64,000 bases of DNA from an uncultured Candidatus Saccharibacteria bacterium (GCA_964559915.1 CAZLJP010000002.1:66423-130422), one strand, 5' to 3'; counted from the stretch's first letter, positions 19,444 to 29,476 are shown. The notes: generated by a model from the sequence alone, not told the origin. Made by a program: numbers and translations.

Positions 19444-19755
19444 GCCAAACCGAGAATCTGGATTGAGACGCCTCGCGTCACTCCTATTCTCCTTAAGCCC
19501 GGTGCGGGTGAGCGCAGTTACTCTTCTGAGACTCTAGTGTAATGCTAGCCGCGAAGAAGCTTTTCTGCCTCACCCGTATTGGGACCAACTTGGCTGACTA
19601 ATTGGTCGAGAAACATTGTCTAAGAGCCTTCGCTCCAATAATTTCTCCCAACACCCCGTATATAACGTCTGCCTTTCCACCAGAACCCACAAATCATTGT
19701 GGATTGTGCAGGAGAGCATGGTCATAACAGAGGTAGTCTGCTAGACTATGAGGTA

Positions 19756-21183
19756 ATGAAACAAGTCCGTACCAGGTTTGCACCATCACCGACAGGCTTT
19801 TTGCATGTTGGCGGTATTCGCACTGCGCTATTTGCGTGGCTCGTTGCGCGCCAGGCAAACGGCCAGTTTATCTTGCGTTTTGAGGATACTGATAAAAAAC
19901 GAGAAGTCGAAGGTGCCCGCGAACACCTCATTAAAAGTCTGCAACAATTAGGCCTACAGTACGACGAAGGTCCTGACATTGGTGGCGCATATGGCCCATA
20001 CGTCCAGAGCGAACGACTCGATATTTACAAAACTTGGGCACAGAAGCTGATTGATGCAGGCAGAGCATACGCCGATCCGTACACACCAGAAGAAGTCCAA
20101 GCTTTCCGCGAACAAGCACAGGCTGCCAAAAAACCATTCTTATACCGCAACCACCGCCCAGAGAATCCACCCGCATGGGACGGCAGTACGCCACTACGCT
20201 TTAAATCAGAGCCCAAAGCGTATCAGTGGACCGACGCCGTCATGGGCGATTTGTCGACTGGTCCAGAAGTTATCGACGATTTTATTCTTATAAAATCCGA
20301 TGGCTATCCAACCTACAATTTCGCCCACATTATTGACGATGCGGAGATGCAGATTAGCCATGTAATTCGTGGTCAAGAGTTTTTGGCCAGCACCCCAAAC
20401 TATCTGAACCTCTACGAAGCCCTCGATATAGAACGACCAATTTTAGCGACCATGCCACATATCCTCAACGAGCAGGGTAACAAAAAGTTATCCAAACGTG
20501 ACGGTGCAAAAGACGTTTTAGATTATATTCGTGACGGCTACCTACCAGAGGCGCTACGTAGTTTTATCGCCACACTGGGCTGGAATGATGGCACTGAACA
20601 AGAAATATTTACCACCGATGAGCTCATAGAAAAGTTCTCCTTGCAGCGCGTCGGCCGTAGCGGAGCGCACTTTGATGAGCGTCGGCTTGCCTGGGTCAAC
20701 GGTGCTTTTATCAGAAATCTTGACATCAGCGATATATACACCCGCTGTCAAGATTATTGGCCACCAGAGGCAAAGGACGCCAGCGAAGAATACAAGCAAC
20801 AAGTGCTTGGCCTAGTACAAGAGCGTCTCAAATTCCTGGCAGAATTGCCGGAACTCACACGCTTTTTCTTCATTGATTTACCAATTAGCTCAGCATTAAT
20901 TACCGGTAACAAACAGCTCAAGAAGCTAGACAACACAGAACTTACATCACTATTAGAACAAGCCAAAACAACCATCGAACAAAGTGATTTTAGCGTAGAA
21001 GACCTTACTACTAAACTGAACGAACTACTCGAAACAACCGGCCAGAAGCCTGGTATTTTGTTTAGCCTGATTCGCATTGCCACCACGCAAGCACCAGCCA
21101 GCCCCGGACTAGCAGACACGCTCGCCGTACTAGGCAAGGACATAGCCCTTCGCCGCATCAATGCCCAAATAGCTTCGCTATAA
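19756..21183 (+). CDS. gltX: Glutamate--tRNA ligase
   Basis: Starts MKQVRTRFAPSPTGFLHVGG (HIGH-type motif). KMSKS-type motif KLSKRDG. The upstream part of the track ORF (from 19699) has no support. Confidence 0.93.
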   Translation: MKQVRTRFAPSPTGFLHVGGIRTALFAWLVARQANGQFILRFEDTDKKREVEGAREHLIKSLQQLGLQYDEGPDIGGAYGPYVQSERLDIYKTWAQKLIDAGRAYADPYTPEEVQAFREQAQAAKKPFLYRNHRPENPPAWDGSTPLRFKSEPKAYQWTDAVMGDLSTGPEVIDDFILIKSDGYPTYNFAHIIDDAEMQISHVIRGQEFLASTPNYLNLYEALDIERPILATMPHILNEQGNKKLSKRDGAKDVLDYIRDGYLPEALRSFIATLGWNDGTEQEIFTTDELIEKFSLQRVGRSGAHFDERRLAWVNGAFIRNLDISDIYTRCQDYWPPEAKDASEEYKQQVLGLVQERLKFLAELPELTRFFFIDLPISSALITGNKQLKKLDNTELTSLLEQAKTTIEQSDFSVEDLTTKLNELLETTGQKPGILFSLIRIATTQAPASPGLADTLAVLGKDIALRRINAQIASL

Positions 21184-21252
21184 AACATATAGCAATGTGA
21201 GCGATTAGTTGCTAGTATTGATACAAATACTTACTTTGGAGGGTCAACAAAC

Positions 21253-22713
21253 GTGGTTAAAAAGGTACTACATAAGAATTACATCCTGCTGATTGTAGCT
21301 GTTGCACAGTTTATGGTGGTCTTGGATGTGGCAATCGTCAATGTGGCGTTGCCATCTATTTACAAAGAGCTGGGCTACAGTAGTGCCAGCAACTTACAGT
21401 GGATTGTCACAGCCTATACTTTGGCATTTGGTGGCTTCTTGCTACTGGGCGGGCGCGCAGCCGATTTGTTTGGGCGCAAACGTATCTTCCTGAGTGCTGT
21501 CGCTGCGTTTAGTGTTATGTCTCTTATTTGTGGACTTGCTAAAAACCCGTTGATGCTTGATGCCACACGAGCCTTACAGGGCCTCGCGGCAGCCTTTATG
21601 TCACCAGCTGCGCTGTCTATTGTCATTACCACCTTCAGGGAAGGCAAAGAGCGCAACAAGGCGCTGAGTATCTGGGGCGGCGTGTCAGCTGCTGGTGCGG
21701 CTGCGGGCGTGCTCATTGGTGGTATCTTGACTCAGTATCTAGACTGGCGCTGGAATTTCTTCGTGAATGTGCCTGTTGGTATTGCGGTCTGGTTCGCTGC
21801 CTATCACTACGTGCCAGAGAGTAATGCTGGTCTCAAGCACAACAAACTTGACCTACCAGGCGCCGTGAGCGTTACGACTGGTCTTATCGCATTGGTATAT
21901 GCAATTAGCCAAGCCCCCCAGGCAGGCTGGCTCAGTAACCAAACTGTCGGCTTCCTTAGCGCGGCGGTTGCACTACTGGCGTTCTTTATCTGGAACGAAT
22001 CACGCAGCAAGCATGCATTGATGCCGCTGAGTATCTTCAAGGTGGGTAATGTTGCATCAGCTAACGTGGCCATGTTCCCAATGGTTGCCGCTATGTTCTC
22101 TTTGTTTTTCTTTATCTCACTGTATACACAGACCGTCCTTGGATTTACTCCGTTACAAACAGGTTTGAGCTTCTTGCCGATGCCAATTGTTATCGGCATT
22201 ATGTCTGGGATTATGTCTAAGGTTGTGGGGAAGATTGGCTACAAGAAACCTCTCGTTGTTGGTCCACTGTTAGTTGCTACAGCACTGTTCTACCTATCAC
22301 ATATATCTGTAGGTGGTAGCTACTGGGTGGATGTTCTTCCTGGCCTTATTCTGATGGCAACCGGTATGGGTATGGTGTTTATCTCTGTCACTCTTGCGGC
22401 TACCGCAGGTGTGCCTCACCACTCAGCTGGTCTGGCATCGGGTCTGCTTAATACTTCGCAGCAGCTTGGCGGTGCGCTGGGACTCGCTATTCTATCTGGC
22501 GTAGCAGCTAGTGGAGTTAGCGCATTTATTACGACGCATCACGCATTGGCAAGTCAACCACAACTACTGGCAGCCAACGCGCAGGTGCATGGCTATAGTG
22601 ATGCACTACAAGTGGCAATGTTCTTCCCACTTATTACTTCGTTAGTTGCGTTCTTCTTTGTCAAAGTCTATAAGTTCGACGAAAAAGAACTTATGGCGCA
22701 CGCTGCTGCCTAA
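21253..22713 (+). CDS. MFS transporter (DHA2/EmrB-like, 14-TM type)
   Basis: 486 aa and highly hydrophobic. MFS motif GGRAADLFGRKRIF after TM2. Confidence 0.88.
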   Translation: MVKKVLHKNYILLIVAVAQFMVVLDVAIVNVALPSIYKELGYSSASNLQWIVTAYTLAFGGFLLLGGRAADLFGRKRIFLSAVAAFSVMSLICGLAKNPLMLDATRALQGLAAAFMSPAALSIVITTFREGKERNKALSIWGGVSAAGAAAGVLIGGILTQYLDWRWNFFVNVPVGIAVWFAAYHYVPESNAGLKHNKLDLPGAVSVTTGLIALVYAISQAPQAGWLSNQTVGFLSAAVALLAFFIWNESRSKHALMPLSIFKVGNVASANVAMFPMVAAMFSLFFFISLYTQTVLGFTPLQTGLSFLPMPIVIGIMSGIMSKVVGKIGYKKPLVVGPLLVATALFYLSHISVGGSYWVDVLPGLILMATGMGMVFISVTLAATAGVPHHSAGLASGLLNTSQQLGGALGLAILSGVAASGVSAFITTHHALASQPQLLAANAQVHGYSDALQVAMFFPLITSLVAFFFVKVYKFDEKELMAHAAA

Positions 22714-22720
22714 GATTCTT

Positions 22721-22909
22721 CTATTCGATTCCTAGTTCACGCCGTCTAGCAAAATCGTCTTGATACTCTATATGGTCTTTAACTAGCTCAGCGACTGCTT
22801 TAGCTGTTTCCAAAATACGAAATTCAAGCAATTCAATGCCTGATTCAACATTAGTAAATGTATCCTCTAGAACGATCTCTGAAGCGTTAGTTCGTTTTGA
22901 ATTTGTCAT
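22721..22909 (-). CDS. Hypothetical small protein (62 aa)
   Basis: ATG preceded by GAAAGG. Acidic, helical-looking product with no family recognised. Confidence 0.4.
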   Translation of the reverse strand: MTNSKRTNASEIVLEDTFTNVESGIELLEFRILETAKAVAELVKDHIEYQDDFARRRELGIE

Positions 22910-23102
22910 AAAACCTTTCGTTCTTTTGAACTCGTCAGTACAAACTCACATTTGTAGAGGTTAATGCAGGGGAGTAGTGTTCAGAAAGAAAGGATTCGCA
23001 TGCGCGATTCAATTCAGTCTTACTGACCACTCACCCTACATGCTCGGAATTTCCGAGGCTCTATTTGGTTACGGTCCAAACTACCATTCCTACAAGCGCC
23101 TG

Positions 23103-23285
23103 TTAGGCGACGTTCTTGGCCTGGGCGTCGGCGGGCATGTCGTTGGCGATGAGGCCGACGATGTGCTTGCGAAGCTCGTGGCGATGGGCAACATGCCTGA
23201 GCATCTCGGGTGTCAACCCAAATTCTTCGAGTTCTTCGATGAGCGCAAGCGCCTTGGAAGCGGCCATGGGGCTGGGACGAGCCAC
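23103..23285 (-). CDS. Orphan small protein, G/C-ending codon usage (locus E)
   Basis: GTG start 7 nt after GAGAGGA; 60 codons. By hand count, 46/60 codons end in G or C. Product VARPSPMAASKALALIEELEEFGLTPEMLRHVAHRHELRKHIVGLIANDMPADAQAKNVA. Confidence 0.55.
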   Translation of the reverse strand: MARPSPMAASKALALIEELEEFGLTPEMLRHVAHRHELRKHIVGLIANDMPADAQAKNVA

Positions 23286-23348
23286 GGGGGTTCCTCTCGT
23301 TGTAGGTTTCTTCCAAAGGAAGATATTCTGCGGAAACAGAATAAACAT

Positions 23349-23377
23349 ATTATACTAGTTTATATGTATAAAGTCAA
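23349..23377 (-). promoter_or_regulatory. Near-consensus sigma70-type promoter (TTGACT-17-TATAAT)
   Basis: On the minus strand, TTGACT is at 23377-23372 and TATAAT at 23354-23349 with a 17-nt spacer. It lies immediately after the stop of the 832-aa gene. Confidence 0.6.
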
Positions 23378-23378
23378 T

Positions 23379-25877
23379 TTATCTCAGGTCTACTGTTACC
23401 GAATCATTGTCAGTAGTTGTCTGTTGTGACTGTGTGGCAGACTTCTTGCGGCGAGTACGCGTACGTTTGCGTTTAGGCTTATCTGATTTGACTGGGCTAG
23501 CCGGTTCAGTAGTAACCACATCAATATCTTTGAGCATTTCTGGTGAAACCTTTTGACTTGGCTGAGGCTTAGGCTGCTTTGGCTTGCTAGAAGGAACGGC
23601 TTGCGCCGCGTAACGACCATGCATGAATTCTTCTATTTCGCCCCGTAGTACTGCGTAATTCTGGCGGGAATGAGCCACAATATAGGCGCTATAGTCTGGT
23701 GGAGGGGGCGGGATTGGCATAGTGGTAGCAGAGAATGCCTGTGCTTTTTCGCCTTCGATGGTCATGCTAATCACAAAGTGGCGGTTGTGCATATGCACCA
23801 TGTCATGTTCCTCAAACTTCGGCTCAAAATATTTGAGCATCACGCGTGCATCATCCGCGCTGGTACGGAACGATACAATCGAACCAACGTTACCAAACAC
23901 CGCGTCTTTTACCTCTACGGACATCTGGGAAATATACTGGTTTGCCACCGTCAGATTGAGTGCATATTTACGTGCTTCAGACAAAATAACCGCAAAGCTA
24001 TCAGTGGCAAAGTTTTGGAACTCATCCACGTAGAGATAGAAGGGTATACGCTCTTCCTGTGGTGTATCAGCGCGGGACATGGCACCAAGTTGAATTTTGG
24101 TGACGAGTAGCGCACCCAGCAAAGATGCGTTGTCTTCGCCGATTAAGCCACGGCTGAGGTTCACAATCAAAATCTTGCGCTCGTCCATAATCTGACGAAT
24201 ATTAAAGCTACTCTTTGGCTGACCAATGATGTTACGCACAATTGGGTTAGCCGTAAAGGCACCCACTTTGTTAAGCACTGGGGCTACGGCTTCGGCTGCA
24301 AACTTGTCATTCCAGCTGGCAAACTCTACCGTCCAGAAATTGCGTACTACCGGGTCTTCTACATATGTCAGCACTTCGTCACGGAATTTCTTCTCGGTCA
24401 GGATACGTGTAATGTCCAACATTGTGGCGTTTGGATAATCTAACAGTGCGAGCAGGCTGTAACGCAAGATATATTCCAGGCGTGGCCCCCATGATTCAAA
24501 CATACGCTTAAGCACACCAATTAGTTCCGAACAGGTGTGTGTCTTGAGCTTGGGGTCCAGTACTTCCATAGGGTTGAAAGCAATCGGGAAGTCGGTGTCA
24601 GCCGGGTTGAAATAAATCACATCCTGAGCCCGGTGCTCTGGTATACGCTTGAGGATGCTCAGCGCATAGTCGCCGTGTGGATCAATAACCGCAAACCCAT
24701 ACGGGCTATAAATATCAGAAATAGTAAGCAGCTCCAGCATGCCGGACTTACCAACACCAGTTTGCCCAATGATGTACATATGACGGCCGCGGTCTACGCG
24801 GGGCATACCAAATAGCGTATTATGACCCCGGAAATTGGTGATTGCGATGGGGCTTATCTCGTGCTGATTGGCTTGGGTAGCTAACGGCAGCGTAGCTGGG
24901 GGCTCGGCCGTCTTGGCGTTGGCCCAGAGAATGTTCGGCGTCTCCACATTGGTGTGAGGCAAGTGATACAAACTAGCGACTTCTTCAATATTAAGTACGA
25001 AGCCTTTCTTGGCAAATGCACGGGCCCGGTACTGTTCCACATCAAATTCGCTACCAGTAAAGGGCCGCTGGGCAAACCCATTTAGATAGGTAGTATTAAA
25101 CTGTTTGAAGCTAGAGGTAATGGCCTGCAGGCGCATACGGGCCTGCGGCTGGCTGGTGCCGCGGTAGACGATACGTACAGTTACTTCATAGGCCAGTTTG
25201 TGTGACTTTTCCTCAGCCGCATTGGCACGAGCAGATTCGTACTCGGCCAGTTTGGGTGTGTCGGTACGTGCCTCCGGAGGAGCCCACAAGGCACTGACAA
25301 GACCAGTGGTATTAGTCTTGGTCGCACCACGAATCCGGCCCGCATATTGCTCACTTTTTTTGTACCAGGTATCAACGGCTGGGCGTACCACCACCTGCAT
25401 CCAGGCTTCTTCATCTGTCTCGAACTGAGCCAGGGTGGCAGTGATAGCTGCTAGTGGGTCAACCTCAAAGCTTGGAAACGTTTTAATGGGGAGTGCCTCG
25501 TGCGCAATGAGTTTTAGCTCAGTACTGAGTGTCGCGTTCTGGGTATTTACATTAGTGATGGTATAGTCGGGGACTTCACTGATATGTACCGTAGGATATT
25601 GAGCGTAAATCTGCTCTTCAACAAAGCTCTTGAGATATTGTGGTACCCATACGTAGAAGCCAATCCGCTTTGCCTTGACGGCAATCTCAAAACTGATGCG
25701 CTCACGGCGAGTTTTGGTGCCAAATAAGGCAGCCTGAGTGCTAATAAGCAAGCCGTGGAGACTGGCCAGCATCTGTTCGGCGGCGAGTTCTTTCTTTTCG
25801 TTAGTGCGGGGCACCTGGAGGAGCAGGACAGCACCGCTGTCATCTGTTGTCTCCGGTGATTGTTGCCTAAAAACCAT
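23379..25877 (-). CDS. FtsK/HerA-superfamily P-loop ATPase, type IV coupling protein (TraD/TraG/VirD4)-like
   Basis: 832 aa. Walker A GQTGVGKSG, Walker B-like FYLYVDEFQNF, and SEARKYALNLTVANQYISQ (TraD/TraG C-terminal type). No N-terminal TM. Basic tail KPKRKRTRTRRKK. Confidence 0.7.
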   Translation of the reverse strand: MVFRQQSPETTDDSGAVLLLQVPRTNEKKELAAEQMLASLHGLLISTQAALFGTKTRRERISFEIAVKAKRIGFYVWVPQYLKSFVEEQIYAQYPTVHISEVPDYTITNVNTQNATLSTELKLIAHEALPIKTFPSFEVDPLAAITATLAQFETDEEAWMQVVVRPAVDTWYKKSEQYAGRIRGATKTNTTGLVSALWAPPEARTDTPKLAEYESARANAAEEKSHKLAYEVTVRIVYRGTSQPQARMRLQAITSSFKQFNTTYLNGFAQRPFTGSEFDVEQYRARAFAKKGFVLNIEEVASLYHLPHTNVETPNILWANAKTAEPPATLPLATQANQHEISPIAITNFRGHNTLFGMPRVDRGRHMYIIGQTGVGKSGMLELLTISDIYSPYGFAVIDPHGDYALSILKRIPEHRAQDVIYFNPADTDFPIAFNPMEVLDPKLKTHTCSELIGVLKRMFESWGPRLEYILRYSLLALLDYPNATMLDITRILTEKKFRDEVLTYVEDPVVRNFWTVEFASWNDKFAAEAVAPVLNKVGAFTANPIVRNIIGQPKSSFNIRQIMDERKILIVNLSRGLIGEDNASLLGALLVTKIQLGAMSRADTPQEERIPFYLYVDEFQNFATDSFAVILSEARKYALNLTVANQYISQMSVEVKDAVFGNVGSIVSFRTSADDARVMLKYFEPKFEEHDMVHMHNRHFVISMTIEGEKAQAFSATTMPIPPPPPDYSAYIVAHSRQNYAVLRGEIEEFMHGRYAAQAVPSSKPKQPKPQPSQKVSPEMLKDIDVVTTEPASPVKSDKPKRKRTRTRRKKSATQSQQTTTDNDSVTVDLR

Positions 25878-25988
25878 ACCCCGTTAGTATACGCCTAAAC
25901 AGAGGTGATTCGCAATAACAAGCATAAAAGGGATGAGGGTCAAAGGATAAGCTTGTATGGCTTGAGCGATGTCGGTACAATACTGCTT

Positions 25989-27224
25989 ATGACTGATGGA
26001 TTTAAGCCGCCTAAGCGGCCAACTACTGCTGGTGTTTCATCAAATGATGAACCGGCATTCAAAACGCCAAACGAAATAGCAAAACTCGAAACCACCGAAC
26101 CGGTGGCGACAGAGAAGCCGCAGGGGCCTGGTTTTACGACCAAGCCGCAGGCAAAATCCCGTAACCCACTGCTATGGTTCAAGGGCCTTAGCCGCAAGCA
26201 AAAAATCATTGTTGCTGGCGCGGTTGTTGTTGGGCTAATTGTAAGCGGAGTTGGCATCTGGGCTCTGACCAAATCAGAACCTCAGCCCCCAGCCCCCAAA
26301 GTAGTAGAGCAAAAGAAAGAAGAACCTAAAGCGACGCCTATTTATTCACCACTAACTGGTATTCCTGTTACTAAAGAGCAAAGTGAGCTACCTGTAACAG
26401 GGATTATGATAGAGAACAGCCCTGATGCACGCCCACAATCTGGCCTCAATCAGGCTGGCGTCGTGTTTGAAGCCATCGCCGAAGGCGGTATCACACGGTT
26501 CCTCACACTGTGGCAAGAAGCCCAAGCCGATTATGTCGGGCCGGTTCGCTCAGTTCGCCCATACTACGTTGATTGGCTCGAAGGCTTTGATGCTGCCGTT
26601 GCTCACGTTGGTGGCAGCCCTGAGGCCCTCAACAAGATTAAGTCAGATGGAGTTAAAGATTTAGACCAGTTCTATAATCCCGGACCTTACAATCGTGTCA
26701 GCAATCGCTATGCACCACATAATGTCTACACCAGCCTAGCCGGATTAATTGACCTGCAAAAAGGCAAGGGCTGGACCAGTAGCAAATTCACCGGCTTCCC
26801 GCGTAAGGCAGAGCAGCCCAGCGCGGCACCAACCGCGCGTAGCGTCGACATCACCATTTCGGGCGCTCTCTACAATGTGCACTATGATTACGACCCCGCT
26901 AGCAATAGCTACAAGCGCGTACTCGCCGGCAAACCACATCTCGACGAACGTTCCAAGGCACAAATCGCGCCTAAGGTAGTGGTTGCGCTGGTTATCCCAT
27001 ACAGCATCCACGGCGATGGCATCCACTCGGTGTATCAGACAATTGGCAGTGGCAAAGCCTATATTTTCCAAGATGGCGTGGCTACCGAGGGCACCTGGGA
27101 GAAAGCCAGCAGCAAGACCCAAATTATATTCAAAGATGCCACGGGCAAGCCGGTACCATTTAATGCGGGGCAAACCTGGCTGACCGCCACGAGCATCGCC
27201 AACAACGTGGTATATAAACCGTAG
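25989..27224 (+). CDS. DUF3048-domain protein
   Basis: TM anchor, then GIMIENSPDARPQSGLNQAGVVFEAIAEGGITRFLTLW and VGPVRSVRPYYVDW, which are typical of DUF3048. The start is set at ATG 25989, which lies 7 nt after a TACAAT box. Confidence 0.75.
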   Translation: MTDGFKPPKRPTTAGVSSNDEPAFKTPNEIAKLETTEPVATEKPQGPGFTTKPQAKSRNPLLWFKGLSRKQKIIVAGAVVVGLIVSGVGIWALTKSEPQPPAPKVVEQKKEEPKATPIYSPLTGIPVTKEQSELPVTGIMIENSPDARPQSGLNQAGVVFEAIAEGGITRFLTLWQEAQADYVGPVRSVRPYYVDWLEGFDAAVAHVGGSPEALNKIKSDGVKDLDQFYNPGPYNRVSNRYAPHNVYTSLAGLIDLQKGKGWTSSKFTGFPRKAEQPSAAPTARSVDITISGALYNVHYDYDPASNSYKRVLAGKPHLDERSKAQIAPKVVVALVIPYSIHGDGIHSVYQTIGSGKAYIFQDGVATEGTWEKASSKTQIIFKDATGKPVPFNAGQTWLTATSIANNVVYKP

Positions 27225-27246
27225 CCTAAGGCGAGGAAATTATAGG

Positions 27247-28782
27247 GTGGAGCAATTTCCTAAGCTAGAAAAACAAATCCGGATTCGACTATTCTTTGGG
27301 ATACTCGCGGTTGCTTCCATCATGCTTGGGCTGTTCTACGTAGGCATACTGCTTGATATGGGCGACACGGTGGCCGCCATAATGGCATTGCTACTGGGTG
27401 TGCTACTGAGCTTTTTTGTGACTGACATGATATCTAATGATGTATTGGGGCCTATCAAAACTTTGCAACGTGCGGTTCTGCACGTTGACCCAGCCCACCA
27501 GGGCACACCTGCGCCTAGTCTCGACAGCTTACGCGTCGGCCGCGAGCTCGTAACAGACACGGTGCTCCGGATTTATCAATTTGCCAGCCAGCAAGACAGC
27601 AAAGACCTAATTGAGCATCGTCGCAGCATTATCCAGGCAGCAAACGTAGTTGAACACATGCCACTGCCATTATTTGTTATCAACAAAGAGCTCCTCGTTA
27701 CCAGTGCCAGCAAGACAGCTTTGGGGTACTGCGAAATAGACAGCGCCCAGCTGCTTGGCAAGCCCTTATTTGATGGGCTGCACATGGAGTTCCGTGATGA
27801 GCACACGCTAGATGACTGGGTGGCCGACTGTCAGGCCAACAAGGTGACCGACACGGCTTATTGGGAACGCGTTCACGTACTATCGCGTGAGACAAATGAG
27901 GTTATTAGGCAGTGTGACATTGCCGCCTACTACAACAAAGACAACCCTAGCGGTACAGAGTTTATCATCACTTTATTTGACCGTACGGATAGATACGATG
28001 AAGATGATGATTCACTTAGCTTTGTAGCGCTGGCTGTACACGAACTACGAACGCCCATCACTATGCTACGGGGCTATATAGAAGTCTTTGAGGAAGAGCT
28101 GGAGGGCAAACTGGACCCCGAGCTGGCAAACTACATGCTCAAGCTCGATACCGCCGCCAAACGATTGAGCAGCTTTGTGACCAATATTCTTGATGTTGTA
28201 CGTGTTGACCAAAACCAGCTGACGCTCCATCTCAGCGAGGCAGACTGGCCAACAACAATCAAGGCCACCATGGTAGACATGGAGCAACTGGCCAGCCTTC
28301 AGGGTATAGCAATTGAATACAATGTTGCGCCTGCCTTGCCAACAGTGGCAGTAGACAGTACGGCCATTGCGGAAGTTATCGTCAATATTGTAGAAAACGC
28401 TCTCAAATACAGCGGCCAAAGTAAGCGCATTGTTATTAACACAGGGCTCAACAAAGAAGGCTTAGTCGAGACTACTATCCAGGACTTCGGTGTAGGTATC
28501 CCCGAAAGCGTGTTACCAGACTTGTTCGAGAAATTCTCGCGTAATCACCGCACCCGTGATGCGGTGAAGGGCACTGGACTCGGCCTCTATCTCTGCAAAG
28601 CAATTGTCAGTGCCCACAACGGGCAAATCTGGGCCTCGTCTAAGGCAGACCAGGGTAGTACTTTTGGCTTCACACTACATTCATATGCCGCAGTCAGTAA
28701 CGAGCTCAAAGATAGCACTAACAAAGAAATTACGCGCCATGCACACGGCTGGATTAAAAACCATTCCTTGTACAAGCGCTAG
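27247..28782 (+). CDS. Sensor histidine kinase (PAS-containing)
   Basis: 511 aa with a GTG start. H-box FVALAVHELRTPITML. ATPase boxes ENALKYSG, QDFGVGI and GTGLGLYLCKAIV. Confidence 0.9.
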   Translation: MEQFPKLEKQIRIRLFFGILAVASIMLGLFYVGILLDMGDTVAAIMALLLGVLLSFFVTDMISNDVLGPIKTLQRAVLHVDPAHQGTPAPSLDSLRVGRELVTDTVLRIYQFASQQDSKDLIEHRRSIIQAANVVEHMPLPLFVINKELLVTSASKTALGYCEIDSAQLLGKPLFDGLHMEFRDEHTLDDWVADCQANKVTDTAYWERVHVLSRETNEVIRQCDIAAYYNKDNPSGTEFIITLFDRTDRYDEDDDSLSFVALAVHELRTPITMLRGYIEVFEEELEGKLDPELANYMLKLDTAAKRLSSFVTNILDVVRVDQNQLTLHLSEADWPTTIKATMVDMEQLASLQGIAIEYNVAPALPTVAVDSTAIAEVIVNIVENALKYSGQSKRIVINTGLNKEGLVETTIQDFGVGIPESVLPDLFEKFSRNHRTRDAVKGTGLGLYLCKAIVSAHNGQIWASSKADQGSTFGFTLHSYAAVSNELKDSTNKEITRHAHGWIKNHSLYKR

Positions 28783-28959
28783 AGCTACCTTAGGGACAAT
28801 GTTAGATGAGTCAGCGATAAGATTTTTGTGCGAAATACTTGAAGCGAGAGAAGACATACAGGCGTACGTCGCCGAGCGCTGAGAGTATTGCAGCCAAAAA
28901 TATATCGTTGAGTTGCTAACCATTATTCCTAAGGTAGTTCTGTGGTAGGATAGAACCAT

Positions 28960-29352
28960 ATGCCTGAAGCAACCCAAGTCAAAGTCCTATGCATAGAAGA
29001 CGAGCATTTTATTAGCGAGCTCTACGTCAGGGCACTCACCAAGGCAAACTATGATGTGACAGTGATTGTAGACGGCCAAGAAGGGCTCGAAGCCGCTCAG
29101 ACTAACCAATACGATATTATCTTGCTGGATATCATGCTTCCCACCATCACCGGCCTGGCAATATTGGATACATTACGGGCTACTGATGCCAAGCCCCTCA
29201 AAGCCAAGATTATTATTGCGACTAATTTAGAACAGGGCGAAGAAGGCCGCGCCGCAGTAGAGCAAAAGGCCGACGGCTACATCATCAAGGCCGAAATCAC
29301 ACCACGACAGCTGGTAGAATTCTTCGACCAGCTCAAGCTTAGTTCTCAGTAA
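28960..29352 (+). CDS. Stand-alone receiver-domain response regulator (CheY-like)
   Basis: 130 aa. LCIEDEH, DIILLDIMLP, IIIATN and GYIIKAE. No output domain. Confidence 0.88.
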   Translation: MPEATQVKVLCIEDEHFISELYVRALTKANYDVTVIVDGQEGLEAAQTNQYDIILLDIMLPTITGLAILDTLRATDAKPLKAKIIIATNLEQGEEGRAAVEQKADGYIIKAEITPRQLVEFFDQLKLSSQ

Positions 29353-29476
29353 CCCGAAACTACAAAATAGTTATAATCTCAGGGAACTGCTGGGAAAGAT
29401 AAAAGAAATGACGTGTGGTGGTATGCAAATGCATGCCAAACGTATTTCAATTACCTCTCCCAGAAGCCCTCTGTTG

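Noticed and set aside
22977-23429. 150-aa plus-strand ORF (and 23116..23358) covering locus E.
   Set aside because: It reads through the promoter and the stop region of the 832-aa gene. The G/C third-position periodicity fits the minus-strand frame 23285..23103 instead.
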